Positions 1 to 11,253 of a DNA stretch of 64,000 nucleotides are shown here, in pieces. The notes below the pieces were generated by a model. The model saw nothing but the letters and a program-made list of their open reading frames with translations. It ran no database searches and was not told the origin of the DNA. The DNA comes from a virus. The translations under genes and the position numbers were made by a program. Numbering within the stretch: the stretch's first letter is position 1; each line of letters starts with the position of its first letter. The stretch lies in IMG/VR virus record IMGVR_UViG_3300035181_001203, positions 32,001 to 96,000 of that record; one strand, 5' to 3'.

Positions 1-799
1 TTAACCAATATACCGCTCTTAAATTATCTGTAGAAGAAGCTAACGCTATTGCATTTGCTGTTGAAGTTAATGACCAACAAGCTGAGGATAGACTTAATCC
101 TTTAATTACGCGAATACCACCATCAGTAGTAGTTGCATTAGTAGTAGCTACAATTAAACTATAATCTTCAATGATATATGGAGTTCCGGCTGCAATTGTT
201 CCTGCTGACGAAGCTAAGGTTAAACTGGAATCGGATGTTATAGCTGTAGCAGGAGCAATATCATACCAAGTTGTAATATTATCGGGATTAGTTGAACCAA
301 AACCAATTCTTGCACCCGCATTAATACGTTTTGTAAACCAATCAGTTCCAGTTCCAGTTACAGCAGTTCCAGAAACGGCTACAGTTCCAGTAGATGTTGT
401 GCTTCTCTGTAATCGAATAGCACGAACGGTAGCAGCAGTAGGCCAAGTAAATGAGATCGCACCAGAATAGGTTAAAGTATTAGCAGAAAGATCATAGATA
501 TATAACATGAAGTTTCTAAGTGTAGCAGCAGTTGAAATATCAGCTAATACAATGGCCCATTTAGTACTACTGATTTTTAACATATGCGGAAATCCACCTG
601 GTTTAGCAATAGTAGATTCCATTGGCCTACCAACCATAATAGGAAGTGGACCAATAAACGGTGTTGTCCCTGTCCAAGAATCAGTCCCTTGAAAAAACAC
701 AGGACCATAATTATGTTTAGTCGAATCATAATTATTCGCATCTGTTAAAGGAAATCTAACAGCATTCCCAGTCATTAATAATTCGACAGCCGTTTTCAT
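1..799 (-). CDS. Tail fibre/virion structural protein, partial (runs off the left edge)
   Basis: Not in the ORF track. Hand translation from ATG at 799 (MKTAVELLMTGNAVRFPLTD...TGTVAVSGTAVTGTGTDW...) stays open to base 1; T/G/S-rich, in the tail module. Confidence 0.7.
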   Translation of the reverse strand, partial: MKTAVELLMTGNAVRFPLTDANNYDSTKHNYGPVFFQGTDSWTGTTPFIGPLPIMVGRPMESTIAKPGGFPHMLKISSTKWAIVLADISTAATLRNFMLYIYDLSANTLTYSGAISFTWPTAATVRAIRLQRSTTSTGTVAVSGTAVTGTGTDWFTKRINAGARIGFGSTNPDNITTWYDIAPATAITSDSSLTLASSAGTIAAGTPYIIEDYSLIVATTNATTTDGGIRVIKGLSLSSACWSLTSTANAIALASSTDNLRAVYWL

Positions 800-800
800 A

Positions 801-1241
801 TTAATATCCCTTTGCTACAGCGATTAACAAAGCTTTGGAAAGTGAAGAATTGTATTGAAATCCAAGAATATCTGTCTTGTTTGCAGTTGTGTTTCCTGAA
901 TAAGAAAGAATATCTGCACCATAACCAATACCAGTTCCTAATGTTACAACTCGACCACCAGTTCCATCTTGTAGCAATTCCAGGGTGAATTTCTGTCCGT
1001 CTGATCCACCAGTAAAGTTAATAGTACAGGAACCAGTTAATGTAATTCTAGCTACCGGAGTTGTGATTGTGGTTAGATCAATATTAATAGTAGTTGCATA
1101 AGATATGGTAGTTACACCTAAACTACCACCTGGAGGCGCAGCCCAGGTTCCATCTGCTCTTAAAAAATTGGTTGTTCCACCACCCGAAGGTGGAACTAAA
1201 CCTTTTAAGACACTAGTGAATAAATTACCAAAATAACTCAT
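801..1241 (-). CDS. Tail fibre-associated protein
   Basis: GLVPPSGGGTTNFLRADGTW fibre motif and LELLQDGTGGR...TDILGF C-terminal domain typical of phage fibre proteins. Confidence 0.65.
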   Translation of the reverse strand: MSYFGNLFTSVLKGLVPPSGGGTTNFLRADGTWAAPPGGSLGVTTISYATTINIDLTTITTPVARITLTGSCTINFTGGSDGQKFTLELLQDGTGGRVVTLGTGIGYGADILSYSGNTTANKTDILGFQYNSSLSKALLIAVAKGY

Positions 1242-1244
1242 TTA

Positions 1245-2636
1245 TTAGATGATGTACCAAGCAGTTCCATTATAGACGATTGTAATAGAATTCCACTGAG
1301 CAGTAAGTGTAAATGAAGCGGCACCATCAATATTTTTACCATTACCATTAATTGTAATAGCGTTATTAGTAGCGTCAATTTTCTTAAAAGTCATACACTG
1401 ATTTGTAACTGGAGCAGCTAATAAAGTAATAGTAAATGCACCACTAGTAGCATCACAAAGGATACATTTATCTGTTACTAATGTTGGATTATAAGTTGCA
1501 GATTTGGTCTGAGTAGGAAGAAGACCTAAGTTACCTTGATACTGTAATTTCTGGAAAGCTTGAAGAATTGTATCAGTAGCCGCTAATTGGGTAGAGTCTG
1601 TACCAAGAGCAAAACCAGTTAACGTTTTACCAACTACCGTAGCAGCCGATAATGTAGTAGTCATACCAGTTGAAGTAACATCACCGGTTAAGTTACCAGT
1701 AAATCCTGTAGCATTGCCGCTTAATGTACCAACGAAAGTTGTTGATGTGATTGAGGTCATGCCAGCTAACACTGTCTGAGTGCCTGAACTAGCATTAATC
1801 TTTAATGAAGTAGTACCTAAGAAAAAAGATTGATCAACAGCCGCTACGGTAACAGCACCAGTTTGACCATTAACTGAGATAACATCAGGTGAACCACCTT
1901 CAATCTTATCCCAAGTTGTACCATCAAATGCAATAATGTCACCAACTGACCAATTATTATTTCCGTCAATTGTAGTATTACCAGCTACCGAAACTTTATA
2001 GTAATAACCTTTAGTTCCTGTTCCACTTACTAATGTTGGTGAGTTTGTAGAGGCATTCCAAGTGCCTTGATAATTCATCCCACCAACTATTGAGGCAGGT
2101 AATTGAGCAAGAGCTACTTTTCCGGTTCCATCTAATCCGCAAATACCATTATTACTATTTATTAATGTCCATACTGGAGCAGCAGAAGCGGTACCTGTAC
2201 CAGTTTGAGTTAATACTGCCATTGTTGTAGAAGTATTACCAGCTAATCGAGCCGCCGCAGGAGTAGCATTTTCATACATAATATCACCCAATGTATTCAT
2301 TGGGTTAGTGAAACCGGCTGTCATTGCAATCCAGCTTCTTACTCCACTAGTAGTTGAGCTTAATACCCAGCCATTAGTACTTGGATTACCTAATGCGGGT
2401 TCAAATGCACTTGAAGCTAAGAATGCAGCGGTTCCTAAAGTTCCGCCTGGACCTATATTTAGAGTTAACGAATCAGCAGAAGCATCTAATGTAATAGTTT
2501 TATTAACTTGTAGAGTTTTGCTAACTGTTCCACCGGCTAATGTAAAACCAGAAGCAAGTGCATTAAGCGTTAAGTTATTAAAACTTCCAGCAGTTACGTT
2601 CCCAATAAAAATAGGACTATTAGGGATATATGACAT
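1245..2636 (-). CDS. Tail fibre protein
   Basis: YQGTWNASTNSPTL, VISVNGQTGAV, LAATDTILQAFQKLQ and C-terminal CDATSGAFTITL...KKID...IDG segments recur in phage fibres. Confidence 0.75.
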   Translation of the reverse strand: MSYIPNSPIFIGNVTAGSFNNLTLNALASGFTLAGGTVSKTLQVNKTITLDASADSLTLNIGPGGTLGTAAFLASSAFEPALGNPSTNGWVLSSTTSGVRSWIAMTAGFTNPMNTLGDIMYENATPAAARLAGNTSTTMAVLTQTGTGTASAAPVWTLINSNNGICGLDGTGKVALAQLPASIVGGMNYQGTWNASTNSPTLVSGTGTKGYYYKVSVAGNTTIDGNNNWSVGDIIAFDGTTWDKIEGGSPDVISVNGQTGAVTVAAVDQSFFLGTTSLKINASSGTQTVLAGMTSITSTTFVGTLSGNATGFTGNLTGDVTSTGMTTTLSAATVVGKTLTGFALGTDSTQLAATDTILQAFQKLQYQGNLGLLPTQTKSATYNPTLVTDKCILCDATSGAFTITLLAAPVTNQCMTFKKIDATNNAITINGNGKNIDGAASFTLTAQWNSITIVYNGTAWYII

Positions 2637-2648
2637 GATTAAATCCTT

Positions 2649-3110
2649 TTAGAATAAAAACCAATTTCCATTAAAAAATACCAAATCAAAAGCGTTACTA
2701 TTTAATAATATATAAGAAGTTTGTTTTTCAATTGTGTCTGAACTATAAGGAATAAATGTGACTGTTCCAGTACCAACATTTCTTAATCTATACTTCTGAT
2801 TATTAATTCCCTTTGGTAAAAATATATTACAATCAATAGGAGAATTAATAATAGCAGCATTTTGAGCATTAGATAATACGGTAGTTCCAGTTAAATATTC
2901 GATTCTTAATAAATTATCTTTAGCAAGCATTTGTGATTGTAATTTTTGAAAGGCAATTAAAATTTGATCTAAACTTGATAATGGAGTTTCATCTGAAGTA
3001 GTAGTAAGACCAGTTAAAGGTGTAGAAAGAACAATATCACCAATATTTGAAGGTGATAAGGCAACTTCTTCAAACTGATCATTATTATCTAACGTTAAAA
3101 CCTTTTGCAT
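2649..3110 (-). CDS. Virion structural protein, partly paralogous to the adjacent fibre
   Basis: Shares the DxILxAFQKLQ motif and a similar C-terminal beta domain with 1245..2636. Confidence 0.55.
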   Translation of the reverse strand: MQKVLTLDNNDQFEEVALSPSNIGDIVLSTPLTGLTTTSDETPLSSLDQILIAFQKLQSQMLAKDNLLRIEYLTGTTVLSNAQNAAIINSPIDCNIFLPKGINNQKYRLRNVGTGTVTFIPYSSDTIEKQTSYILLNSNAFDLVFFNGNWFLF

Positions 3111-3115
3111 AATAT

Positions 3116-3958
3116 CTACCGTGCAAGCTTGATTGAAGGTCGAGGATCAAAAATAAAGTAATTAGTATTACCAATTGATCTACCTACAAAACACGAATAT
3201 GTTGCATTTGTATCTCTTGGAGTTGCGATTACACCAAGGTTATTTAAAAAGTATAATTGATCTGAAGTAAAAAAGAAAGGAGTAAGATACGCCTGATTCT
3301 TGATTCTTGCTACTTTTACTTCTTGATTTGCGACCCCAGCCTCTAAAGTAAGTCCATCAATAAAAGGAAAATTTAAATCATTTGCCTTAACGTTATGAGC
3401 CAATCCATCTGCCATAATCTTAAAACAAGAAAGTGCTGCCATAGGTTCAAATAATGATAATTTATCTAACGATGGATCTGGATACGGACTAGGGGGAACT
3501 ATTCCACCTGGATTTAATAGATCCAGGGGTGGATGTGGATCAAAGATAAAACTATAAGCGTTTACTCTCCGTCCAACATAAACATACCAACGATCACCGT
3601 TTGAAATAGATGGTTCAACTAGTGAAAGTAATCCATTTTTATCAAGATAAAGATTATCGGTTAATATTGTTGGATCAAAAACTGCTTGATTAAATGTATA
3701 TTGCATCCCTTTGACGCGAGCTATATTAACTCGCTGTCCAGATCTTCCTGCTTCTAAAACAACTCCATCAACAATAGGAGTACTTCGAGTTACTATATTA
3801 TTATTATAATTTGAATTTAACTGTATAGCAGAATAATCAACAGAAGCAACGCAGGCTGCTATCGGCATATCAGTAAATAAAACTGCATCTAAATAAGAAT
3901 CAGAAGGTGGGATATCACCTTCTAACATTCCGGTAATAGGATTATATTGAATAATCAT
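3116..3958 (-). CDS. Virion decoration-like protein with internal duplication
   Basis: Two repeats (IVDGVVLEAG..VNIARVK..FIFDP / FIDGLTLEAG..VKVARIK..FIFDP). Confidence 0.45.
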   Translation of the reverse strand: MIIQYNPITGMLEGDIPPSDSYLDAVLFTDMPIAACVASVDYSAIQLNSNYNNNIVTRSTPIVDGVVLEAGRSGQRVNIARVKGMQYTFNQAVFDPTILTDNLYLDKNGLLSLVEPSISNGDRWYVYVGRRVNAYSFIFDPHPPLDLLNPGGIVPPSPYPDPSLDKLSLFEPMAALSCFKIMADGLAHNVKANDLNFPFIDGLTLEAGVANQEVKVARIKNQAYLTPFFFTSDQLYFLNNLGVIATPRDTNATYSCFVGRSIGNTNYFIFDPRPSIKLAR

Positions 3959-4329
3959 TGGCTCAACATTATTAAATCGCTAGGTGCGATAAATAGTTTA
4001 GTAGGAGTAAGAGCTATGCCAATTTTTCTTAATGTTTGCCCATAATTAGATTGAGTTATCATTCCAGAGCTATATAGATATACTGGTTGCAATGGAGTAA
4101 AAGACCAAGCTAAGTTTTCAATAATACCAAATAAACAAACATCAACAAATGACCCAGCAAAGTTAGCTGTTAATGAAATACCTAAAAAATTAGAAACTGA
4201 TGTAACGTCAGGCCAATTTGTGTTTACTATTTCTCCAGTAGATAATACAGATACAGCCGCAAATGCTGGAATAGTTTCTCCAGCTTTAAACGAATCCATT
4301 ACTATTCGTGAACTATTTACATCGGCCAT
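3955..4329 (-). CDS. Capsid cement/decoration-like structural protein
   Basis: AGETIPAF...WSFTP..PVYL...G.IT...IGIA pattern common to small phage decoration proteins. Confidence 0.5.
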   Translation of the reverse strand: MADVNSSRIVMDSFKAGETIPAFAAVSVLSTGEIVNTNWPDVTSVSNFLGISLTANFAGSFVDVCLFGIIENLAWSFTPLQPVYLYSSGMITQSNYGQTLRKIGIALTPTKLFIAPSDLIMLSQ

Positions 4330-6453
4330 TTAAATTCTCTTAGGATTTTTAATCCAATCTAAATGAAGATTTATGATATCTGAATTAGCTAAATGTGGAA
4401 GCGAAACAGGCTTCTTATTAATAGTATCATAAACTTCAAAATAATGGGTTGAAAAATTATTTGCAGCAATACTAGAATCAAAAAGTTTTCCACCATAAGT
4501 TGTAGGCATATCTTTTATAGAATCATTAGCAACAGTAATTCCATTTAAGTCCATGTATTGTTTATAAGTACAGACTGAGCGATTATATTTTTTCTTTAAA
4601 GCATCCAAAGCATCTTTATCGCTATCTTGATATTTAGAAAAGAGGGTTGTAATTGCGTTTTTTACATCAGTATAAGATTTTTTAGCAACACTTAATCCAT
4701 CTAAAGGCTTAGATCCAATTAATTTTCCCATTTCATCTAAAGACATTTGATTTTGTGAAATAGTATCAATAACATTTCCTAAATCACCAAAATCTTCAAA
4801 ATAGTATCTAGGATAAGCTACATCTAAAGATATATTCTTTTGTCCGGTTGCCGACCATGCTTTTCTTATTCCGGTACAAAAAGCTATAACGTGTTCACCC
4901 ATCTTATTTAAGACAACTAGTGGGAATCCAGGTATAGGATTACAGTCTGGAGTAACCATAACAGAATATTTACGAGTTCCTAAGAAGTTTTGAGCAAATT
5001 CATAATTTAAATAATTATTAATTTTATTAATTGAATCTTGACTGTTATCAAGATTCTTTAATAAAGAACTATCAAATGCATAACTTAAATCAAGTCTTGT
5101 ATATTTGATCCCATATTCAGATTCATACTCGGAATAAGCATCTACTTCTCTAAGATTCCCTGGAACAATGTTTGGTAATGTTAATGATTTTAAATAATCA
5201 TTACTACTATAATTTGGTCCGACTATAACTTGGCAAGTTAATATATTAGAATCTACCCCTGGAATTTCTTTTCGCTGATATAAAACTCTTGTTGGTGTAT
5301 TAAAGTAATCAAAGAAAACAGACTCTTCGAGCACCTGATCAGGCCAGATTACATTACATTGAAATGGAATTCCCATAACAGAAATTGGCTTAAAAATATA
5401 TTCAGCTAATCCCTTATAACTTTTTTTGTTTTTTAGTTCAACTCCATATGTTTTACTATTTGTTGGAGATAATACAGTTACAACTTCTGGATGAGGATCA
5501 ATAGATAAATCTAAAACCTTACCGTTTGCATCTTTAGTTATTTTTGTTAATTTTTCTGATGGTAATAAAGTTTCTACATCAATTTTATCACTTCCACCAT
5601 CAGTATCTATAAAAGTTGGATTTGGAATATCATATACATTAAAAAATCCATATCTTGAAATAGTCATAGCTAATTGCCAAAAAGTATTTTCACCATATAC
5701 ATCATTATCAGTATTTGTAACAAGTTTTACGAATGTATCAACATTAAAATAATTTTTAAGATTAGCAGATGTACTTACACCATAAACCTTATTAGCGAGT
5801 TTATAGTCACATAAAAATCTATCATAATATTTAGGATTACTAGCATTATCAGACGACGATCCATCTGATAGAACCTTCTTAGTATATATTTTACCATTAA
5901 AACTATATTCATAATAAGATGTAGCACTAGTTGGAGGATTAGAAGTTGTGTCAGTTTGACTATGAATATGTGACGTTAAAATGGATGCTATAGCGCATCC
6001 AATATCAAATTGATTTTGTTGTAAAGTTTCTGCAAAGAAATTTGTTATTTGTCCATCTGCTCTCATATTCAAAACATCGCCAGTTCCTCTATAATCAGAA
6101 GAAGCGATATTTTGTAAATAAAAATCAGAACGTTTACGAATATTCCAAATAGCCCCATCAGTTAAACAACTTAATGAAACGAAAACTTCTCCTAAAAGAT
6201 TTCTTTTTCTCTGGACACCAATAATAATGCCATCAAATTCTAATGTTGGTTCATTTATAACGCCACCATCTATAATTTGTTCCCATATCTGTATTTTTGC
6301 ATATTCATGAATTCTTGTAATATATGGGCTATAATTGATAGACACATTTAATGATGCTAAAGATCCTAAAGTAGAAGCGATAACAGTAGAAAGAATAGGA
6401 ACTTGAACACCAGCAATATATGCATATTGTCTATATATTTTAGCTACACTCAT
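4330..6453 (-). CDS. Probable baseplate hub-like protein
   Basis: 707 aa, downstream of tape measure and transglycosylase; YIAGVQVP start, P.CNVIWP and PIPGFP motifs. Confidence 0.45.
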   Translation of the reverse strand: MSVAKIYRQYAYIAGVQVPILSTVIASTLGSLASLNVSINYSPYITRIHEYAKIQIWEQIIDGGVINEPTLEFDGIIIGVQRKRNLLGEVFVSLSCLTDGAIWNIRKRSDFYLQNIASSDYRGTGDVLNMRADGQITNFFAETLQQNQFDIGCAIASILTSHIHSQTDTTSNPPTSATSYYEYSFNGKIYTKKVLSDGSSSDNASNPKYYDRFLCDYKLANKVYGVSTSANLKNYFNVDTFVKLVTNTDNDVYGENTFWQLAMTISRYGFFNVYDIPNPTFIDTDGGSDKIDVETLLPSEKLTKITKDANGKVLDLSIDPHPEVVTVLSPTNSKTYGVELKNKKSYKGLAEYIFKPISVMGIPFQCNVIWPDQVLEESVFFDYFNTPTRVLYQRKEIPGVDSNILTCQVIVGPNYSSNDYLKSLTLPNIVPGNLREVDAYSEYESEYGIKYTRLDLSYAFDSSLLKNLDNSQDSINKINNYLNYEFAQNFLGTRKYSVMVTPDCNPIPGFPLVVLNKMGEHVIAFCTGIRKAWSATGQKNISLDVAYPRYYFEDFGDLGNVIDTISQNQMSLDEMGKLIGSKPLDGLSVAKKSYTDVKNAITTLFSKYQDSDKDALDALKKKYNRSVCTYKQYMDLNGITVANDSIKDMPTTYGGKLFDSSIAANNFSTHYFEVYDTINKKPVSLPHLANSDIINLHLDWIKNPKRI

Positions 6454-6698
6454 AATGCATCCGAAGGATCATGTTGATATTTAACAATTCCAGTAATACC
6501 ATCTAAAACAGTTGCTATTTGATAATCTTTTATAGTAATAAAAGCTTTTTTTGTAAAATCAGTTACTAAAGAACAAATATATATTCCATTAGCATCTATT
6601 TCTTTAAAAAATACCGTGCATCCAATTCCACAAACAAAACCACCGCTATTAATAGCTTTTAAAAGTATTATATCACCCATAGTTAAACTGGGAAGCAT
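6450..6698 (-). CDS. Hypothetical protein (tail module)
   Basis: ORF coupled to its neighbours in the operon. Confidence 0.5.
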   Translation of the reverse strand: MLPSLTMGDIILLKAINSGGFVCGIGCTVFFKEIDANGIYICSLVTDFTKKAFITIKDYQIATVLDGITGIVKYQHDPSDAL

Positions 6699-6707
6699 GG
6701 TATATCC

Positions 6708-7607
6708 TTATTGTATATAAATTTGTTCTGAAGAAAGTCTTTCTTTAACTATTAAAGAAAAAGAAAAAGTAACAATAAAATCATTAGGAGCAACTTTTGA
6801 TCGCTGGAATCCAAATGGATATCCAGAATAAAGATTACGATCTGCGTACAATTGCAATATATTACCCTGTTCGGCTAATTTTGTCCCACGCATATAATTA
6901 TCCCAAAGGAATAACATATTCATATTCCAGGGGTTATCCATTGTATTTTTGAGAATTCCTTGAATTTGTAAAACTTCAGGACGTCTCCCATAAAATAGTA
7001 ATTGGAAATCTTCTGATGTTTCAACAATTTGCATTCTTTCTTGTGAGGCTTCTCCAAGAGACATTAAAATAAATTGTCTAAACTTATTTTGGGAGATTCC
7101 TGGAGCAATATATTGATTTTGATAATTAGGGAATATTATTGTTTTAGGATCATTTGCATTTACAATTCTAAAGAAAGCAACATCAGCAGCATCGTTAGAT
7201 CTTATTGGAGCATCAATAGAAAAATATCTATTATTATAATCCATAACATCTGTGCTGTCAAAAACTAAACTTATATTATCTTTATTGTTATTTGCCTTAC
7301 TTGTATCTTTATCTCTTACAGAAGGAACACCATTTAAGAATGAGACAGAGTAAATATTACCATTAGAGTCTGATAAATCTTCTCCATAAATTGTTAAATT
7401 AGATAATCCATCTAATTGAGCAGCTTCTATTTTTGCTACATCTGACAATACTTTAGCTAATTGATCTGACATAGCTTTTCTATTAGCTGTATTTATTTCA
7501 GCTATTTGAGACTTACTCATATTAATGAATTTTTCGCTCAGCATAGTTGAAGATAGATCAACTGCCGGAGTATTCCATAGTGTAGCTAAATATGATAAAA
7601 ATTCCAT
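6708..7607 (-). CDS. Probable baseplate/tail-tube-initiator-like protein
   Basis: Position plus E.SQERMQIVET..FYGRRPEV...GIL C-terminal region resembling tube-fold baseplate proteins. Confidence 0.4.
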   Translation of the reverse strand: MEFLSYLATLWNTPAVDLSSTMLSEKFINMSKSQIAEINTANRKAMSDQLAKVLSDVAKIEAAQLDGLSNLTIYGEDLSDSNGNIYSVSFLNGVPSVRDKDTSKANNNKDNISLVFDSTDVMDYNNRYFSIDAPIRSNDAADVAFFRIVNANDPKTIIFPNYQNQYIAPGISQNKFRQFILMSLGEASQERMQIVETSEDFQLLFYGRRPEVLQIQGILKNTMDNPWNMNMLFLWDNYMRGTKLAEQGNILQLYADRNLYSGYPFGFQRSKVAPNDFIVTFSFSLIVKERLSSEQIYIQ

Positions 7608-7618
7608 TGTAAGTCCTA

Positions 7619-8356
7619 TTATCTGTTCCTAGGTAATTGTTTATTAGTTGCAATTGGAATTAAATTAGCTAATTTTCCATTTGCCATACGCTCTCTTAAT
7701 AGTCCAATATCAAGTTTTGATGTGACAGATTCTAAATTATTCATTGAGTCTCTTGCGCTTTGAGTTAATGCTTGAAAAAATGGTTTGTTTGGATCTGCAA
7801 CTTCAGTTGTCTGTGGTGGAGTAAAATTTGCTTCAGATTGAATACTTGAATCAGCAGGAGCAGATAATGGACCTATTTTATATTCTTTACCTAATGCTTT
7901 TGCTAATCGTTTTGGATATTCTGAGGTTTCAAATGCTTTGCCTTTTGCTGCATCGTTTTTATAATGTTTATAAATAGCTCTAGAGATTGTTTCATTATTA
8001 AGAGGTTTTCCTATTAATTCTCTAGCTACTTCAGGTCCAGCATTATAAGCTATAGCTATTAAGTTTTGATCGTTTTGAAACTGTGGAGCAAGCCATTTAA
8101 TGTAATATGCTGCGGCTAAAGCCTGTTCGTTAACTTTTTTAGAATAGGGTTTATTTGGATGACCTACTCTTCTCCAAATATCTTTCCAAGTATTTCCAGT
8201 TATCTGAAATAAACCATTAACACCTGTTTTTGAACGAGTATCTAAATTAAAATTAGATTCAATTTGAGCAAAAGCAGTAAGTATTTGTTCGCTAACGCCA
8301 GTTACTTTACTGGCATTGCTTATTGCTAATTTAATATCTACGGGAATGTTTTGCAT
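7619..8356 (-). CDS. Virion-associated lytic transglycosylase (SLT family)
   Basis: AQIESNFN (catalytic Glu), GLFQIT and AYNAGP motifs. Confidence 0.9.
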   Translation of the reverse strand: MQNIPVDIKLAISNASKVTGVSEQILTAFAQIESNFNLDTRSKTGVNGLFQITGNTWKDIWRRVGHPNKPYSKKVNEQALAAAYYIKWLAPQFQNDQNLIAIAYNAGPEVARELIGKPLNNETISRAIYKHYKNDAAKGKAFETSEYPKRLAKALGKEYKIGPLSAPADSSIQSEANFTPPQTTEVADPNKPFFQALTQSARDSMNNLESVTSKLDIGLLRERMANGKLANLIPIATNKQLPRNR

Positions 8357-11250
8357 TATTTAATAGCATTAGCTAAGGCGTTACAAGCTCTTGTTAAAGC
8401 TTCTACAGCTTGATTATTTGGATTATCAGCAGAAACTCCAAATTGTTTATTTGCTGCATCATCAACAGGGCCTATTTGCATATCTTTAAACCAACCAGTA
8501 TGCATGAATTCACTAAAATGATTTTCTTTATCATTTTTATTTAGGTCAGCATGCATCTCAATATTTCTTACTAAAGCTTCAGCAAAATTAGAACTACCTG
8601 TAGCAATTTCAGCATTATAAATTAAATCTTTTTTATTTGTTCCTTGTGACAACCACTTTTTAACATCAGCAGCACTCATATTTTTAAAGTTATCAATGGT
8701 ATATTTGAGTTTACCAACCTTATCTTTATATGTATCAAAATTAATATTACTATATTTACCATGACCTGCATTTTGTATAGCAACAAATGCATTTCTTTCA
8801 CTAAATTCATCTTCTTGATTTCGTCTTTTTTGATATTCAGCAAATAAACCTTTACCGCCTGCTCCAATAGAACCATCTGCACGAATATACTTTTCTAAAA
8901 GATTAATTTCATCTTTTGATAAGTTATTTCCCGGCATATTTATAATTTCATCAAAAGCAGCCACATTTTCATCTTTATTATCTCCCATATTACTATAAAG
9001 TAATCTTAACGAATCAATATTTTTGCCATTAACAATTTTTTCAAATGCTTTATAAACTTTATCTGAAACTGGACTATATCCTTCAAGCTTTCCAAAATTT
9101 CTTGGATCTTGACCATATGTTGAAGCATCCCTAACAGCTTGCCCAATTGTCATTCTTGAAGAACCACCTTCACGTAAAAGAACTCTCTTTGATTTTAACC
9201 ACGGTGCGAAATCATCTATAAGCATTGTCGTAAGAACACTATCATCCTTACGTGCCTCTCTTTCTTTTTCAATTTCAGCTAATATCATATTAATGGCTTT
9301 TTCAGCATTACTTGATGATAAGTTATTTCCAGCACCACTTCCCATAGTAGCATCTTCCATGATGCTTCTTTTTATTTTAGTTGCGCTTACTACATCGCCT
9401 TTTAATAAAGATGAGTAAAGTTTTCCAATACGATCACTAAATAAACTTCTAAATGCACCAAAACTATCTCTCTCTTCATCGGTTACATTACTAGATTTAA
9501 TATCTTTATAAAAACTTTCTAATTTAATACTATTTGAATTACTATATGGGCTAATTTCTTGTCTTATACTATTTAAACTAAACGTAGTTAATTTTGTTGG
9601 ATTATTAGTTCTATCAGCTTCTTTTCTAGCAGCACTTCCAGCAGCAAGCATAGAACCCATACCACCATCAAACAAGGCGGCATCAACCTGTGCTCGTTCT
9701 TCTGGAGTTTGTGGATTTAAAACCCCTACAACAGCAGCATAAGCCTCAGAAGGAGTTTTATTCTTACTAAACTCTTGATACATACTTATCGCTGCTTTTT
9801 TAAGATTAGCATTTGGGTCTGTTGCATCTGGAAGCATTCCATGTTGCATTAATACAGTTCCCGCAGCGGTGCTACCACCTGCACGACTAGCCAAATAAGC
9901 TGCGGCTGTAGCTATAGCAGATTGTGGACTACTAGCATTACCACTAAAGCGATTTATAAATCCATATCCATACTGTCCATAACCTATAGCTCTTTCTGTA
10001 TTTTTTATAGATAAACTTCCAGCATCAATACTTCTATCTATAATTCCAGCTTCCTGTAAAGCTTTTACAGACGCTAATTCGGTTAATCCAGATTGACCAA
10101 CAATTCCTTTATTTAATCCAGATTGTAATCCCATACCAATATATGCACCACCAAGATTAGCCACAGTTGCTAAATCTAATCCAGTAGACATTGATGTAGT
10201 AATCATATTACCCATCATTGTATTTTGTTCTAAATTATTAAAACCCATTTGATTTAATTTAGCTTTTAGACCAAGGATTGAATCTTTGGTTGTATTTGCC
10301 AGGGCAGCAAACTTCTCTACTATCACAATGGTATCTTTTACAAACTTCTCCATTCCATCAACATCTTTTAAGTTTTGATCCCTAAATAATCCAGCTTGCA
10401 TCATCTTAGGTATAAACTCAGAAGCTTTTGTGTCTGGAGCTAATCTATCAGCAAGAGCATCGCCAATTAAAGGTATGTATCTAGCTCCATATGGATTACG
10501 TTCACTCTCATAAAATCTACCAATTAATGCGTCAGAAGTATCTTTATCTAAACGTCTTTGACCTGCCCCATATGAAAGATCGGTTATTTCAGTCATTTTT
10601 CTAAAGTTTTGTTTATATTCTTCTGGTTGAGCATATCCTACATTATATAATCTACCAACAATCTGATCTAATGCAAATCCTACGCCAAGTCCCGCCATTG
10701 GACTAAGAAGTTTTGCCGCTCCAGATCCTAAAGCACTAGATAAAACAGATGTTAATCCACCACCAGCTTCAATTTTTAGATCTTCGATTCTATGATTCCA
10801 TGATCTTTGCATTTGAAATTCTAATTCCTCCTGACTCATAAACTCAGGACGACGACCACCAATTTTTAATGCTCTACCAAACTCACTTTGAGCTATTCCA
10901 GAAGCCCATGCAGCTTCTCTAATAAACCCACGTTGTAATTCGTAATTACCACCGCCCAATAACATATCTTGGTATTGAGTTTCTTTAGCTTTATCAACTA
11001 CAGATTTACCTGTGTTATATATGGCCATACTAGCAGCCATAGTGCCTTGCAACACATTTGCCATATCTCTATGGAAATTATCTTGAGCAGTACGCATAGT
11101 AGCAGCTAAATTATTTTGCCCAAGATTCATTACAGCTTGATTGTTTTGTAAATAAGAATAATCCATCATTTGAGAAGATGGATTAGGTATATTCTGACCA
11201 AACTGTTGACTAGGATCATTCGGTTGATTGTAATATGGCATATCTGGCAT
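8356..11250 (-). CDS. Tape measure protein
   Basis: 964 aa, helical and A/G-rich; lies between a frameshifting chaperone pair and the transglycosylase. Confidence 0.65.
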   Translation of the reverse strand: MPDMPYYNQPNDPSQQFGQNIPNPSSQMMDYSYLQNNQAVMNLGQNNLAATMRTAQDNFHRDMANVLQGTMAASMAIYNTGKSVVDKAKETQYQDMLLGGGNYELQRGFIREAAWASGIAQSEFGRALKIGGRRPEFMSQEELEFQMQRSWNHRIEDLKIEAGGGLTSVLSSALGSGAAKLLSPMAGLGVGFALDQIVGRLYNVGYAQPEEYKQNFRKMTEITDLSYGAGQRRLDKDTSDALIGRFYESERNPYGARYIPLIGDALADRLAPDTKASEFIPKMMQAGLFRDQNLKDVDGMEKFVKDTIVIVEKFAALANTTKDSILGLKAKLNQMGFNNLEQNTMMGNMITTSMSTGLDLATVANLGGAYIGMGLQSGLNKGIVGQSGLTELASVKALQEAGIIDRSIDAGSLSIKNTERAIGYGQYGYGFINRFSGNASSPQSAIATAAAYLASRAGGSTAAGTVLMQHGMLPDATDPNANLKKAAISMYQEFSKNKTPSEAYAAVVGVLNPQTPEERAQVDAALFDGGMGSMLAAGSAARKEADRTNNPTKLTTFSLNSIRQEISPYSNSNSIKLESFYKDIKSSNVTDEERDSFGAFRSLFSDRIGKLYSSLLKGDVVSATKIKRSIMEDATMGSGAGNNLSSSNAEKAINMILAEIEKEREARKDDSVLTTMLIDDFAPWLKSKRVLLREGGSSRMTIGQAVRDASTYGQDPRNFGKLEGYSPVSDKVYKAFEKIVNGKNIDSLRLLYSNMGDNKDENVAAFDEIINMPGNNLSKDEINLLEKYIRADGSIGAGGKGLFAEYQKRRNQEDEFSERNAFVAIQNAGHGKYSNINFDTYKDKVGKLKYTIDNFKNMSAADVKKWLSQGTNKKDLIYNAEIATGSSNFAEALVRNIEMHADLNKNDKENHFSEFMHTGWFKDMQIGPVDDAANKQFGVSADNPNNQAVEALTRACNALANAIK

Positions 11251-11253
11251 ATT